A stretch of 64,000 nucleotides of DNA from assembly GCF_006345805.1 (NCBI RefSeq), contig NC_043008.1:74276001-74340000 (forward strand), written 5' to 3'. The position numbers and the translations under genes were made by a program. Positions 13,805-26,386 of the stretch are shown piece after piece; position 1 is the first letter of the stretch; the number at the start of each line of letters is the position of its first letter. This DNA is from Octopus sinensis (taxonomy: Eukaryota). The notes under the pieces were generated by a model that worked only from the letters and a program-made list of their open reading frames with translations, ran no database searches and had not been told where the DNA came from.

Positions 13805-13805
13805 T
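13649..13805. repeat. (ATGT)n followed by (ATCT)n tetranucleotide microsatellite
   Basis: Directly visible. Confidence 0.95.
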
Positions 13806-14124
13806 TTTCAACTGGTTTATATATGAAGTTGCGTTCTTGATTTGAAATTCCTAGCTTAATAATTTCTTTATATAGTAACCTAAATAAGACTAGCTTCAAC
13901 CTAATTTTGTGCACATTTCCATCAAACATTTTAAAAAGAACGCAGCTTGGATAACGGACACAATCAACGACTATTGAAAAGGTTGCAAGACGCAACGAAA
14001 ATTTCAGAAAAATAAATAAGCAAATGAGTGGAAACTTTACCGGTGAGTGTGTTAAGTAATAAGGCACTAAAAGAGAATGCCTCTCCCTAAACACAACAAA
14101 ATTTTAAAAGATGTTTCTCAGATT

Positions 14125-14175
14125 TCAGTTCTCGTTTGATATTCTAACTCAAACCTATCTGTCGTGTGACACACA
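14125..14175 (+). promoter_or_regulatory. Candidate initiator and short non-coding first exon
   Basis: TCAGTT (Inr-like TCAKTY) at 14125-14130, followed 50 nt later by a consensus donor ACA|GTAAGT at 14176. Confidence 0.4.
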
Positions 14176-14255
14176 GTAAGTCCAATATAAATAATGTGTC
14201 AGCACTATAATAATTCGTGTATTTTATTGTGCATGTGGCTTACCACATTCAGTTT

Positions 14256-14293
<38 letters not shown>

Positions 14294-14472
14294 AGAGAGA
14301 GAGACCTTGTTTTTTCTTTTTTCAAATTGCTCTTGTCTTTTAGTCTATCATACGTGCTCATTTATATCGCAGCAGCTTATGTTTTGCTCACACCGCCAAA
14401 TTGAACAACATATAATTGGAAGATGTCAAAATTCTGACGATTATTCGGTCAGTTACTGATTTGGGATTCAGA

Positions 14473-14551
14473 ATGTCCACGGCTATTCTGTGGTTCTTCC
14501 TGCTTGTGTTCTTTTTGTCCTCCTTCTGTGCCACATTTATATTATGTGTGT
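14473..14551 (+). CDS. Candidate first coding exon encoding a signal peptide (MSTAILWFFLLVFFLSSFCATFILC)
   Basis: Strong polypyrimidine acceptor ending TTTTAG at 14343, ATG with A at -3, a hydrophobic core followed by small residues, and a possible donor GTATGT at 14552 (alternatives at 14546 and 14548). Downstream exons were not identified. Confidence 0.4.
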
Positions 14552-15169
14552 GTATGTGTGTGCGCGCATGTTTCAGTGTGTGTGTGTGAAAGTATACATT
14601 TCCTTCCATCTTCACGAATTAGTAACTAGTGATAGATAGTTCTTCCACCTGTAAAAGCAGTCATTATCGCAAGTGTTACCGTTTTTATTATGATCGCCAT
14701 GTAATTATTGGATCACTATTATTTTGAATATGCTTATTTCAAAATTCAGAATTTTTCTCCATTACTTAAATCTGAAGATTGAAGCAGGCCCCTCTACTTG
14801 TCATTTTGTAAATGGTGTTTGAAGTGAAATATCAAAAATAATATAAGAATGGTTTATTAAATTGCCAAAAACGTTATAAAATAATAATCTATAATCAGGC
14901 ATAATGGGTTGTTTAAGCGGTTGCTCAGCTGGCGTGAAATAATAGCGAAACCTTCTTCAAAACTTCACCCGGCTGTCTTCAATTACGATGCAGTTAAAAG
15001 AAGGATGTGACAGTCACGGCTGGAATACGAACGACTATATGCTTATTAACCAGAAGTGGAACAAGTGATTAATTCATGAATTTGTGGCAGAAGGTTAGGA
15101 ATATGAGGAGAAATGTGTAAGCGGATGTATAGAAGGATGAAAAGTGGAGTTGTTTCGGACTTACGCTCA

Positions 15170-15429
15170 CGAGGTTTAAGCATTAAGAAATAACGGTTTC
15201 TGATCTTGGATTCAAACCAGAAATTTGGGAGGGAGACCTGATAACAGTGAATAAAAATTCTGAGAAGTACATGGAATAAATAGGGGCTGTAATAGGGGGG
15301 GAGTACTTGCAGAAAACAGTACTGCTTGGAAGCGCTCGAATACTCGAAAATATGAGATGTTGCCTCAGTTTACTGGTAGTGAACAGCTGACACCGTAGTA
15401 ATCTCCAGGTTTAGAAGCTGTGCAAAGAC

Positions 15430-15430
<1 letters not shown>
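15170..15430 (+). mobile_element. R4/Dong-like LINE extreme 3' fragment ending in (AAT)n
   Basis: EYLQKTVLLGSARIL is the typical C-terminus, followed by a short 3' UTR and (AAT)n at 15430-15494. Confidence 0.65.
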
Positions 15431-15478
<48 letters not shown>

Positions 15479-15495
15479 TAATAATAATAATAATT

Positions 15496-17443
15496 CTTCC
15501 GACGGGGAAAATGTTGCTCCTGATACAAATCAAGCCAAGGGGTTCTGGAGTGGATTATGGGGAAACAATATGGTGCATAAAAGGGATGCAATGTGGATAG
15601 GGGCTATCAAGACAGAATTACAGGGAGGAAAGAAAGAAATGAATATTGTCATAAGCGCGGGTGACGTGAAAGAACAAATGTGTAAAGTGCCTAACTGGAA
15701 AGCCCCGGGCCAGTTGGGATTCTTGGTTTTTGGCTGAAGAGATTCCACGCGGTGCATATAAGACTAGCAGCCCAATTGAATGAGTGTGTCCAGAAAGGTA
15801 CAGTCACCGCGTGGATGGTGAGTGGGAAGACAACACTTATAATGAAAGATAGAAGAAAGGAGAATATTGTGGGAAATACTGTCCCATAGCATGTCTAAAC
15901 ATCATCTGGAAGTTACTCACTGGAATATGTGCGGCAAAGACATATACTTTCCTGGCACAAGAAGAAATACTAACAAGGGAAGAATTCCCAGAGTACTAAG
16001 GATCACCTGGTCATCGATAAAACAGTTTTGCGGCATTGTAAAAATCATCATACAAACATGTCTATGGCTTGGATTGACTTTAAGAAGATGTGATGCCTCA
16101 TTCTTTGATCGTTGAATGCCTGCAGATGTGTGCTGTTGCTGACAACATCACATATTTTCTGATGCACAGCATGAAAGAGGGAAAGACCAAATTGTACTCA
16201 AGTAATGTATTGGAGAAGATAATATTTAAAAGGGTGTCTTCCAAGGAGACTCGTTTTCTCTGTTACTTTTTGAAATTGCACTAATACCCATAACAATGAT
16301 ACTTAGCAAAGTTAAGATGGGTTACTGATGTGGGAAGAAGGGCGTATCATTGAACCATCTTCGGTTTATGGATGACCTGAAATTGTTTGGGAAATCTGAA
16401 AAAGCAGATAGATTTCTTAACCAAACCTGTCTAGAAGTGTGGTAGAGACATCGGTATAGAATTTGGGATTACCAAATGCTCAGTACTTTATTCGAAAAGA
16501 GAGAAGAAAGTATTCTGCCGAGGATTGCGGTTACCATCAGGAGAGACTGTGGGAAGACCCGACAGTAATGGGTATAGAAGTTTTGGGATTTTGGAGATGG
16601 ACGACATTCTACACAGAGAAATGAAAGTCAAGGTCAGCGAGGCGTATCAAAAACAGGTGAACATGATGTTGAAATCCAACCTGAATGCCAAAAATTTTAT
16701 TACCGCAATGAATATCTGGGCAGATACGGTGGTCAGATGTAGTGCGTCAATCCTCAAATGGACTAAGGAGGAAATATCAACACTGGATAGAAGGACGAGA
16801 AAGTTGTTGACGCTGCATGGGGCGCTACATCCTAAAGCAAACGTAAACAAACTGTATGTGAAAAGAAGGAATGGTGACAGAGGACTAATTAGTATAGACG
16901 AATGTATAAGGAGTGAAAGGAGAACGCTTGCCGAGTATTTGATAAATAGTGGTGACGACCTGCTGGAATATGCCGCAAAAGATATGGTTGTAAACACAGA
17001 TGAAATTATATGCAAGGGAGAGCTTAACCAAAGAGCCGAGGAGAGAAAACAAGTACTTCTTAAAATGAGAATGCATGGACTGTTTGAAAGGAATACGCAA
17101 GTCTTTGAGGATAATACTGCATGATGTGCATATCTTGAACTAGGTGATTTGAAGGGTAGCACCGAAAGCCTGATCATTGTTGCACAAGATCAGGCTCCTC
17201 ACTACCAATTCAATCAAGTAGAACATCTATAAAACTTCTGACACCCAGAAATGCAGACTCTGTGGAAAGCGTGTGGAAAATGTGACTCACTTGGAAGTGG
17301 ATGTGAGAACCTTGCAAAAAAGAAAACAAGCGCCGCCACTATAAAGTGTATGTGTATCTTCATTGGCTCTTATGCCGTAAATACCAGTATGAAGTAACAG
17401 AGAGCATTTATGAGCATGTACCAAGTAAAGTCATGCAAGAAGA
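15496..17443 (+). mobile_element. R4/Dong-like RLE non-LTR retrotransposon, decayed RT and CCHC region
   Basis: [80 protein letters not shown] and KCRLCGKRVENVTH. It begins directly after (AAT)n and breaks off before the RLE domain. Confidence 0.9.
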
Positions 17444-17464
17444 TGCAGTCATCTCAGCGAGCGA

Positions 17465-17529
17465 GACAAGCTACTCTGAACTGACGACGAGCAATAGACT
17501 CAGAAACATATGTCTTCAAGTATTTTGTC
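17465..17529 (+). ncRNA. Type I minimal hammerhead ribozyme (copy 1)
   Basis: UGAA-CUGACGA-cGAG(caauaga)CUCa-GAAAC-AUAU-GUC^UUCA. Stem III is the palindrome ACAUAUGU. Stem I extends as GACAAG..UACU.UGAA / UUCA.AGUA..UUUGUC. Predicted cleavage is after 17514. There is a C-A mismatch at the base of stem II. Confidence 0.7.
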
Positions 17530-17812
17530 CCAGCTGGCGGGGGTGATTGCCTCCCCTTTGCAAATATAAGGACACAGAAAATGTGTCAAAGCCGACAAGA
17601 GACGTCGATGTTTCCTAGGGCTAAATGGCAGTGGTCTTATTCCCTTACGGGACTGTCACATCGAGTTGACGGTATACGACCACTATATCGCTCCACCACC
17701 GCTTAAGTCTCTCTGAGACATTTAGAAATTCAATATTTCTAATTTCGGTGATCAGTAAATAAATTTTACTGTGATATATTTGCAAAAAGGTTGCAGTCAT
17801 CTCAGCGAGCGA

Positions 17813-17878
17813 GACAAGCTACTCTGAACTGGCGACGAGCAATAGACTCAGAAACATATGTCTTCAAGGGCTTAGTCC
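17813..17878 (+). ncRNA. Type I minimal hammerhead ribozyme (copy 2, core mutated to CUGGCGA)
   Basis: Same motif 348 nt downstream, with an A6-to-G change in the core. The GUC site ends at 17862. Confidence 0.55.
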
Positions 17879-18030
17879 CAGCTGGCGGGGGTGATTGCCT
17901 CTCCTTTGCAAATATAAGGACAAAGAAAATGTGTCAAAACGACAGGAGACGTCGATGTTTCCTAGGGCTAAATGATGGTGGTGTAATTCCCTTACGGGAC
18001 TGTCACATTGAGTTGACGGTACACGACCAC

Positions 18031-18067
<37 letters not shown>

Positions 18068-18119
18068 TAATAATAATAATAATAAACAGTAATAAATAGC
18101 TAGATATAAGATTAACTAC

Positions 18120-20350
18120 TGCATTAATGAGTGGAATACTGAATTGGAAGGACCTAGGCCCAGATTTGGTTGAAGGCTACTGGCTAAAGAAATTTAGTAG
18201 TTTACATGGGACACTGAGGGAACAACTTCAAGATTGCCTTCAAGGAGGAATAACATCAGTGAATGACTAGAGGGAGGATGCTACTCATCATGAAAGATAA
18301 GAGCGAGCAAGGGTAATACAGCCAGAAACTATAGACCAGTCAATTGCTTACTATTAGTGTGGAAGCTGTTAAAAGGAATGCTTTCTGAATGCCTTTACGA
18401 ACACCTTGCCAACCAGAATTTACTGCCAGAAGAACAGAAATGTTGCTTGTAGAAGGGTAGAACGCACGATCTATTATACATAGACAAAGTACTTCTAAAT
18501 GAAGTAAAAGCTAGAAAGAAAAATCTAACAATAGCATGGATAGATTATAGGAAAGCCTATGACATGATCCCACACTCATGGATAAATTAATGTTTGAGTA
18601 TATTCAGTATAGCAGACAACATAACAGAATTAATTAGCCGTAGCATGAAGAGATAGAAAGTAGATCTCTACTCAGGTGACACACTGTTAGGGAAAGTTAA
18701 TATCAAAAGGGACATTTTCCAGGGGGACTCGTTGTCCCCTTTAATATTTGTCCTATGTTCGATCCCCTTCAGCTTAGTATTAAGGAAGTCAAAGACAGGG
18801 TCCCAGTTCAGAAATAGTAAGGGAAAAATTAATCATTTGCTCTACATGGAGTATCTGAAGCTTTTTAGTAAGAATGAAAAAGAGATAGATTCTTTAATAC
18901 AGGCTGTAAGAGTCTTCAGCAAAGCTATGAGCATGGAATTTGACATAGATAAGTGTGCAATATTACAAATGAGAAGGGGACAGGTAGTCAACAGCGAAAG
19001 CATTCAATTACCAGATAGCCAGACATTAAATTTATGGAAAGGAGGAGAGAGATATAAGTATCTAGGATTATTCGAATCGGACAGAGTATAAATACAAAAA
19101 TGAAAGCGAAAACCGAGAAGGGGTACACGAGAAGGGTGAAGAAACTAATGAAGTTAAAGCTTCATATTACCCAAGTATATACCGTGCTGTAAATACTTGG
19201 GCAATATCATTACTTAGATACTCAGCAGCTTTCGTAGATTGAACGAAAACTGAATAAGCAAAAATAGACCGAAGAGCTAGGAAGGAATTCAATATGAATG
19301 GAGGACTCCACCCAAGGGCTGGAGAAACAAGATTATACCTACCTAGAAAGGCAGGTAGAAGAGGATTAATATCAGAAGACTGCGTAGAGTTAGCTAGAGT
19401 AGATATACACTCCTATGTTGGCAATAGTGAAGAAAGTTTATTAAAAGTTGTTAGAGTCACAGCATGATATAGGGAAACCAAAAACCCAAACGAAGTTAAA
19501 AACCAGAGAAAAGAACAGACGTTATCTGACTGGCTAGAGAAGGCTTTGCGTAGAGATTCCCAAAGATAGTAGCAGCAAATGGTAGTAGTGAGACATGGTT
19601 ATGGTTGCAGAAAGAAAAGCTAAAGGGGGAGAAAGAAATCTTGTTAATAGCTGCACTAGATCAAGCATTAAGGACTAATTAAATAAAAGACAAAATAGAC
19701 AACGAAAACAATTAGATTCTCAATGTAGATTACGCAAATCAAATGAAGAAAGCGTTACTCACATAGTAAGTGAATGTAACATGCTGGCACAGAAAGAATA
19801 CAAGAAAATGCATGACAGTTTAGGAAGAGTAATACACTGGGAGCTATGTAGAAAGCTAGGATTTCAAAATACTGATAAAAGGCATGAACATAAACCTAGT
19901 GGAGTAATAGAAAGTAAGAAATATAAGATGCTGTGGGACTTCAACATTCAGACTGACAGAGTAATAGAAGCTAGAAGGCTTGATTTGGTAGTAGTAGATG
20001 AAGAGAATAGAAAGTTCCAGGTAAGTGATTTTACAGCCCCAGATGTTAAAGATATTAATATGAGAAGTATAGAAAAAATAGCAAAGTAGCAGGACCTACC
20101 ATTGGATTTCAGAGACTGTGGGAAGTGCAGGTAAAGTGTATCCCAGTAGTTATAGATGAAGTGGGAACTTTCCCTAATATCTGAACAGATGGATAGAGTA
20201 AATAGGGATAATACCCAGTTTAGAAAGGCTCCAAAAAGCAGTGTTATTAGGGACAGCTAGGATACTTAGGAGGGTTCTTGATATTTAAGGTTACTTGCTC
20301 TAGTTCGATGTTAGGACTTTTTTCTTTTCCAACACTGTTGAGTGTATACG
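18120..20350 (+). mobile_element. R4/Dong-like RLE LINE, 5'-truncated, RT, CCHC, RLE and (AAT)n tail
   Basis: NYRPVNCL, AWIDYRKAYDMIPHSW, FQGDSLSPLIF, INHLLYME, YKYLG, CRL...HIVSEC, MLWDFNIQTDRVIEARRLDLVV (RLE PD-D region) and LQKAVLLGTARILRRVL. Flanked by (AAT)n on both sides (18032-18097 and 20352-20429). Confidence 0.92.
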
Positions 20351-20352
20351 AA

Positions 20353-20414
<62 letters not shown>

Positions 20415-20429
20415 TAATAATAATAATAA

Positions 20430-20635
20430 GTATTTCAAACTTAGGTACAAGACCAGGAATTTTAGGGGTGGGGTTTATTTCATTACAACGACACCAGTCC
20501 TTCAATGGTACTTTATTTTATCGAACCCAAAAGAATAAAAGGTAAAGCTGATCTTGGCGGTATTTGAACTCATAATGCAAAGATCAGGAACGCATACTGC
20601 AAGGCACCTTTTCAGACATTATAAAGATTCTGTAA
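20430..20635 (-). mobile_element. Family C SINE
   Basis: Reverse complement of the family C core; it shares the (AAT)n tract with the Dong tail. Confidence 0.7.
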
Positions 20636-22664
20636 AATAATAATAAAATATAAGTCGTAGTAATGATAATTCTCGTCCTATATCAGCCGTACTTCACTAA
20701 AATTATGTTTCTCAATTTATTAGCTGCCAGAAGAACCATTGTACACGTTCAACATAATGTGTATTAGTGTGTTATGGAGGTGGAGAAGTTGATACCTCCC
20801 AATATTACATGTTGTTACATAGAGTAATGTCCACTTCTGTAAACTATGGTCGTTCTTGTTCTTAAATATTAAATGAGCATTTGTTGCCAATAATGCTGTT
20901 AGGGGCTCATCGACAAATCTGTTAATAGACATATAAAGCGAGAGGTTCCAAGAGAGATATAGAAAAGAGAGAGAGAGAGAGAAAGTAGAAAGGAGGAGGG
21001 GTAGCACACATAGAGTGAAGAGGAGTGATACATGGACAGTGGAAAAGAAGACAACGATAACAGAAAGAGAAGAAACAGAGAAGGAAGTGAGGTATAATGG
21101 AGAGATTGGTAGGAAAAATGGAGGTGGAGGGGAGAGTGATGGAGAGAGATATATATCTGTATTCACAGTCGTGTCATTGACGAACTAAATACGATTGTTA
21201 GAAGAAGAGAATCTCTTTTGATTGGCAGCAAGTTCACACGTCTAATAATACCAGTGTTAGAAAACTTGTTACGCTTCCTTTATTAGGATAGCACCGAATT
21301 TTCAATACAGTGGAAGGATCTATTGTTCTGAGAACTTTCCTTTCATTCGTTCTACAACACCATCTTGATGAGCTGTCAAAACTGTATTGTCAGCGACTCG
21401 TATTAGCAGTATTGTAAATCATAACATAGAAGCCACCTTCCCCACTCCCACTCATGACCTCCAGAAGTTCATTTCTGTTTAAGATTTCCAAACTCTTTTG
21501 CAATACATTTTTCTTAATTTTTTTCTCTCTTTTCTTTCATTTTCACTTCTTTTCTTTCTCTACTCTCCCTTTTTTTCTTTCTCTGGCCTTCTGGTTACCC
21601 AATGGACGAGTATGACTTTATTAAATATATATTGCATTTTCGGTTAGCCACGATTCTTAAACTGAGCGACTTAGTCATGCATATCTGATAATTCTTTTGT
21701 GAATTATGAATATATTGTCACTTGGCGGAGCAATGTAGAATACGAGAATGTCACCGAAATATCGACCTTTTGCAGACTTGTTAATCTTTTTCTCAATTTC
21801 CTTTTTCCATTTACCAACGTTTCTCAGATTAAGTCGTTTCAACAACGTTAGAGTTAGAAAGTTTTCACTTCAGATTTTTCATATAACTTCCAGTTAGTTC
21901 TAATATGGTGACTGCTTGGCTCATTTCTCCACTATTAACGCTTTTGTCATTTGCCACTTGGTTAGAATTCTGTCAAAGAAAGAAATCATAAATTTAATTT
22001 GTGCAAATGGAAACGGAAAGAACTCACAATTCAATATTTTGTAATATTTTTCAGCATGATGGCATTTCATAAGACTTACACGTATATTTATGTTAGAAAG
22101 CGAAAACTAGCGGCTCATGTCTTTATTGTCATTTTGAACAATGACTGAAATATGCGAATATTCTCATGCTCATAATATATAACCTGATAATTATGGTCGT
22201 CAAACCAATGAGTGTTGTATGTGTTGTAACGACATCTCATGTAGATGTACTGAAATATGTAGTAGTTTTTGCTGATCCTACACTCTATCGATCTCACTTC
22301 ACCATCAAGTTGATCTTCAGTTGACAATCTTCCCGGAGCAGATGAGAAGCGTGAATAATGCTTCGTAACCATTAAAATCACGAAATAAATAGGTTTGTGT
22401 GTCATGAGTCAATCCAACAAATGATCCTGCCTGAAGTTTAATAATGATATGAGGAAATTTATTCAATCTTGAGAACTGAATTTTACGGACAAAAACTAGG
22501 AACTCCATCGTTTTATGTTAAATATTCTTGTGCCTTATGCGGCAAAACGAAGAGCTCTGTTCACAACAACGTAATTTTAAAATCTCCATATTGTTAAATG
22601 ATGACTCAATACACGATAACATATGTAGGACTCAAATCTTACAACAACAACAAAAAAATAATAT

Positions 22665-22921
<257 letters not shown>

Positions 22922-23029
22922 AAAGATAAGAATGTATTAAACAAGTGTAGGTAAACAATATATTGCAATACCAATCAAATGTGTGATGGATGTAAAAGAA
23001 AAGTAGTACGAACACGAGCTAGGAGCAGT

Positions 23030-23430
23030 GAGAGGATAAGGACTATAGGATTTGATGGCTCTTAAACAAAGACTGATTATATTATTGGAGCAAGATTACC
23101 AGATATAACTATACAGGAGGAAAGAAAGACCATTTTAAGATCATGGACATTGCAATACTATATGATGATGGAGAAAATGCCAAATAAACTGCAAAATGTG
23201 AAAAACCATGACTTAGCCAAAAGGATTTAGAAGCTGTGGAAGACTAAGACGACAATTCCTGTGCACCTGGTGCAAGAACCAGTCTACCTTTGAGACTGGA
23301 GGATATTGGAATTGAGATTAAAATTGTCAACCCGCAGAAAAATGCAATTCAATATTCAATAAGAATTCTAAGAAAGATTCTTCAGATTTGAATAGATTTT
23401 TCACTAAGCCTCAAGATAACAACACTGTTA
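23030..23430 (+). mobile_element. R4/Dong-like 3' fragment (RLE region)
   Basis: ARLPDITI, IMDIAI, KLWKTK and LQKNA-x-SIRILRKIL-like peptides. Confidence 0.6.
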
Positions 23431-23469
23431 ACTAATAAAAAATATATACTAGCTAATATGACAATTACT

Positions 23470-23655
23470 TCTACTAAAGGCACAAAGTCAGAACTTTTCG
23501 GGAAAGGAGGTTAGCCAATTAAATCGATCTCGATGCTCAATTGATACTTATTTTATAGGCCCTGGAAAATGAAAGTCGAACTCGGTAGCATTTGAACTTA
23601 GAATGTAAAGTCGAAAAAAATTCCTCTAAGCATTTTGCTTGCCGTCCTAACCATT
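23470..23655 (-). mobile_element. Family C SINE, degenerate
   Basis: AGGCACAAAG...ATCGATCTC...TACTTATTTTAT...ATTTGAACTTAGAA...CTAAGCATTTTGC. Confidence 0.65.
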
Positions 23656-23689
23656 CTTTCTACCTTAATAATTGTAATGATAACATGGT

Positions 23690-23960
23690 ACAAGATAGAT
23701 TTAAAGAACATTATTTCAATGAAATAACATCCTTCAAAACCATAGAGAAGAGAAGTAAAAAAAAATTACCGTGTTACACTTCGTACTTTAAAGAGCATGA
23801 TACTGACTTTGATATTAAGTGCATGACATTAGATAAGAGAAGATATACAGTAATGGGGATAAAACATGCAACCTATGTATAGCAGAGGAAAGATTAATCT
23901 TAAATAACATCGATATTTCAATAACATAGGATCAAGAATTTTTGGCAAGAAATTCTGACA
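23690..23960 (+). mobile_element. Penelope-like element, C-terminal part of the GIY-YIG region
   Basis: DRFKEHY..SFK...FDIK and, after a frameshift, YSNGDKTCNLCIAEERLILN (the PLE CxLCxxEK motif). Confidence 0.6.
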
Positions 23961-24518
23961 ATTTTATACATATTAACTTTCAGCAATGCCTCAGCGTGAG
24001 CTTAAGCGGACTAACATTGACCAGTCATACACACCTTTTTTATTTTGTTTTCCCCAGATGCCCGAAGCATTATTTTCCCATTATCGTAAAATCTCTTCTT
24101 TTTTTTCTTTTTGGGGCTCCACACAATTTTTCTTCTGAACCAAGGATAATTTCCGCAACGTTTTCGAAATTTTCTAATGAATCAGCTTTCTCTATTTCAT
24201 TTCGCCAATCTAAAGCAACTACTCACTTAACCTAAGAGAGTTTTAGAGGACCTGTCCTCCTTAGAATCATAGCACAAGGCAAGAAATTAATTCTGTCCAG
24301 TAAATTAATATGAAGTACACTGCTGTCGTGGAAGTTCGGTAGATTTAATGTGCATCTTTGTCTCACGAAACTATTAATAACAGCGTGTTAAATCTTGAAT
24401 TGACTATAGCAGTATATATGTGTTATTGGTGAGCGTGTATAGTGTGTGCGCGTATCTCTGTCTGTGTCTGTATAAATGTATATACATATATTTATGTGTA
24501 TATATATATATATACATA

Positions 24519-24561
<43 letters not shown>

Positions 24562-26336
24562 ATACCTGTATGTATACATGGATATATATACATATATATA
24601 TACATGTATATACACATGTATCTATATATACATATATATGTATGTATATACACACACAAATGTATATATATATATATTTATATATAAACTCATATATGTG
24701 CATATATGTGTATGTGTGCGTATATATATATATATATATATATACATACATACATACATACATACATACATAACATCATACTGAGTCAATATTTGTTCAT
24801 GTAATTTCATTTTCATTTAGAATGTGTGCGTATGCGTCACTATGACTTTCATACAAAGATGCTTATGTAATAATAGCTTAAGGAATATACTTTCACACTT
24901 AAACACTTATACGCACATACATATGTATGTGTATGTATTAAACTAAGATTATTTGACTATGTTTTTCTGGTATATTTATCTTTTTTGCTTTGTATTTTTT
25001 TCTTAAGACGTCAACACTGTGTATTGGCGTAGAAGAGGCAAAGTTATTTGGGAGTTAAATCTGTTTGGTGTAAGGTGCAATCAGTGTAAACAATCCAGCT
25101 TGAGTTTCTGCTTCAGTGAGACTTGACGATGTCTTTTCAAAATAATTTCAACATAAAGAAATAATCATAGTAAATAAAGTTCAATGTGTGACTATTTAGC
25201 GTAATAATCGTATAAGAGTGTGTTATTGTCTCCGTATAAGAGTGTGTGTATAGGTTGTTGTAGTTTTAAAACTTTTCTCTTATAACCCTTAAAAGTTAAA
25301 TTTACTAAATTCTTTAGCATAAAGTCAGATAGTAAAATATTCATATTTAATAACAATCGATTCTTTATTAATTTTTTTTTCATTGTTATTCTAAATTATT
25401 CTAACCAATAAATAACTTGTTGAATCTTTGATTATACTTTTTGTTTCTCACCTTTTTTTTTTCAATGCATTTTGTTTTATTCCTTGTGTCTCTCAACACG
25501 TCAAAGAATTTATAGAATACATTTTCAATAACGAAAATTAAAAGTTCACTATTTCAGTTATTATGTTTGTTACCTAATAAAATATTTTTATTAGATTTCT
25601 ATTGCTAGAGTATTATGAAATTTAATTGTCTGCGATTAGATATTCAAGGAAAGTGAAACTGAAGTATTCTTTAAAATGTGTACACAAAACATTTCCCATA
25701 ATTGTCAAAAGTTAAATAATCATTAATTAAATATCCATCACAGAAACCATCAAAAACTATCACAGCATTAGTTAATTCTACTTTTCGCCATTGTTTTCGA
25801 ATCTATTGTTTATATAGCTACTGTTCACTCAGAATTCTCAAGGAAATACACAACATTGCTGCTAATTCTAATGACGGTAGTGATGGTAATGTTGATGGTG
25901 GTGATGGTGGTGATGGCGGTGTTTTTAACACTGAAATTTAAGTAAAAATGTAAAAGACGTGTAGATATCCGGAGCTGAAACTTTGGCTGTGAAATTTTGC
26001 GTATTGTCGGAAATATTGCAACTAAAACGGTTTGGCACGATAGGAAGAAGTGTACTTTGAAAGCCTAGAGCTACGTTGTGTTAGCATTCAACAGGGGAAG
26101 TTGCAGACGAAAATTGTGAAGAAAAATTACAATATCTTAGTATTATGATATAGAAAGGTTACTGAAATAGTGATCATTAAAATAATAAAATAATAGAATC
26201 ATGAATTGCTAAATATTTCAGTAGAAAACGGAGCATAAAAAACAGTAGTGGAATAAAATATGTTGAGATATTAAGCTTTCTGATGTGTAGAATTATTTTT
26301 ATTTGTTTAAATATATGTTTTTACATTTATTTTGTT

Positions 26337-26386
<50 letters not shown>

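Larger units (their letters stand above)
17444..18034 (+). mobile_element. 348-nt tandem unit (about 1.7 copies) carrying hammerhead ribozymes; candidate retrozyme
   Basis: 17444-17687 matches 17792-18034 with a period of 348, one hammerhead motif per copy and extensive self-complementarity. Confidence 0.75.

Noticed and set aside
16525-17124. 199-aa ORF as a host gene
   Set aside because: It is an open stretch of a frameshifted Dong RT/thumb region.
17444-18034. Direct repeats read as LTRs or a CRISPR-like array
   Set aside because: No PBS/PPT or internal domain, and no short repeat-spacer periodicity. The copies are contiguous tandem units in a eukaryotic context.
21360-21395. TTGATGAGCTGTCAAAACTGTATTGTC hammerhead-like string after a possible Penelope C-terminus (RRRESLLI)
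   Set aside because: Both core boxes are mutated and the stems are weak, so it cannot be supported.
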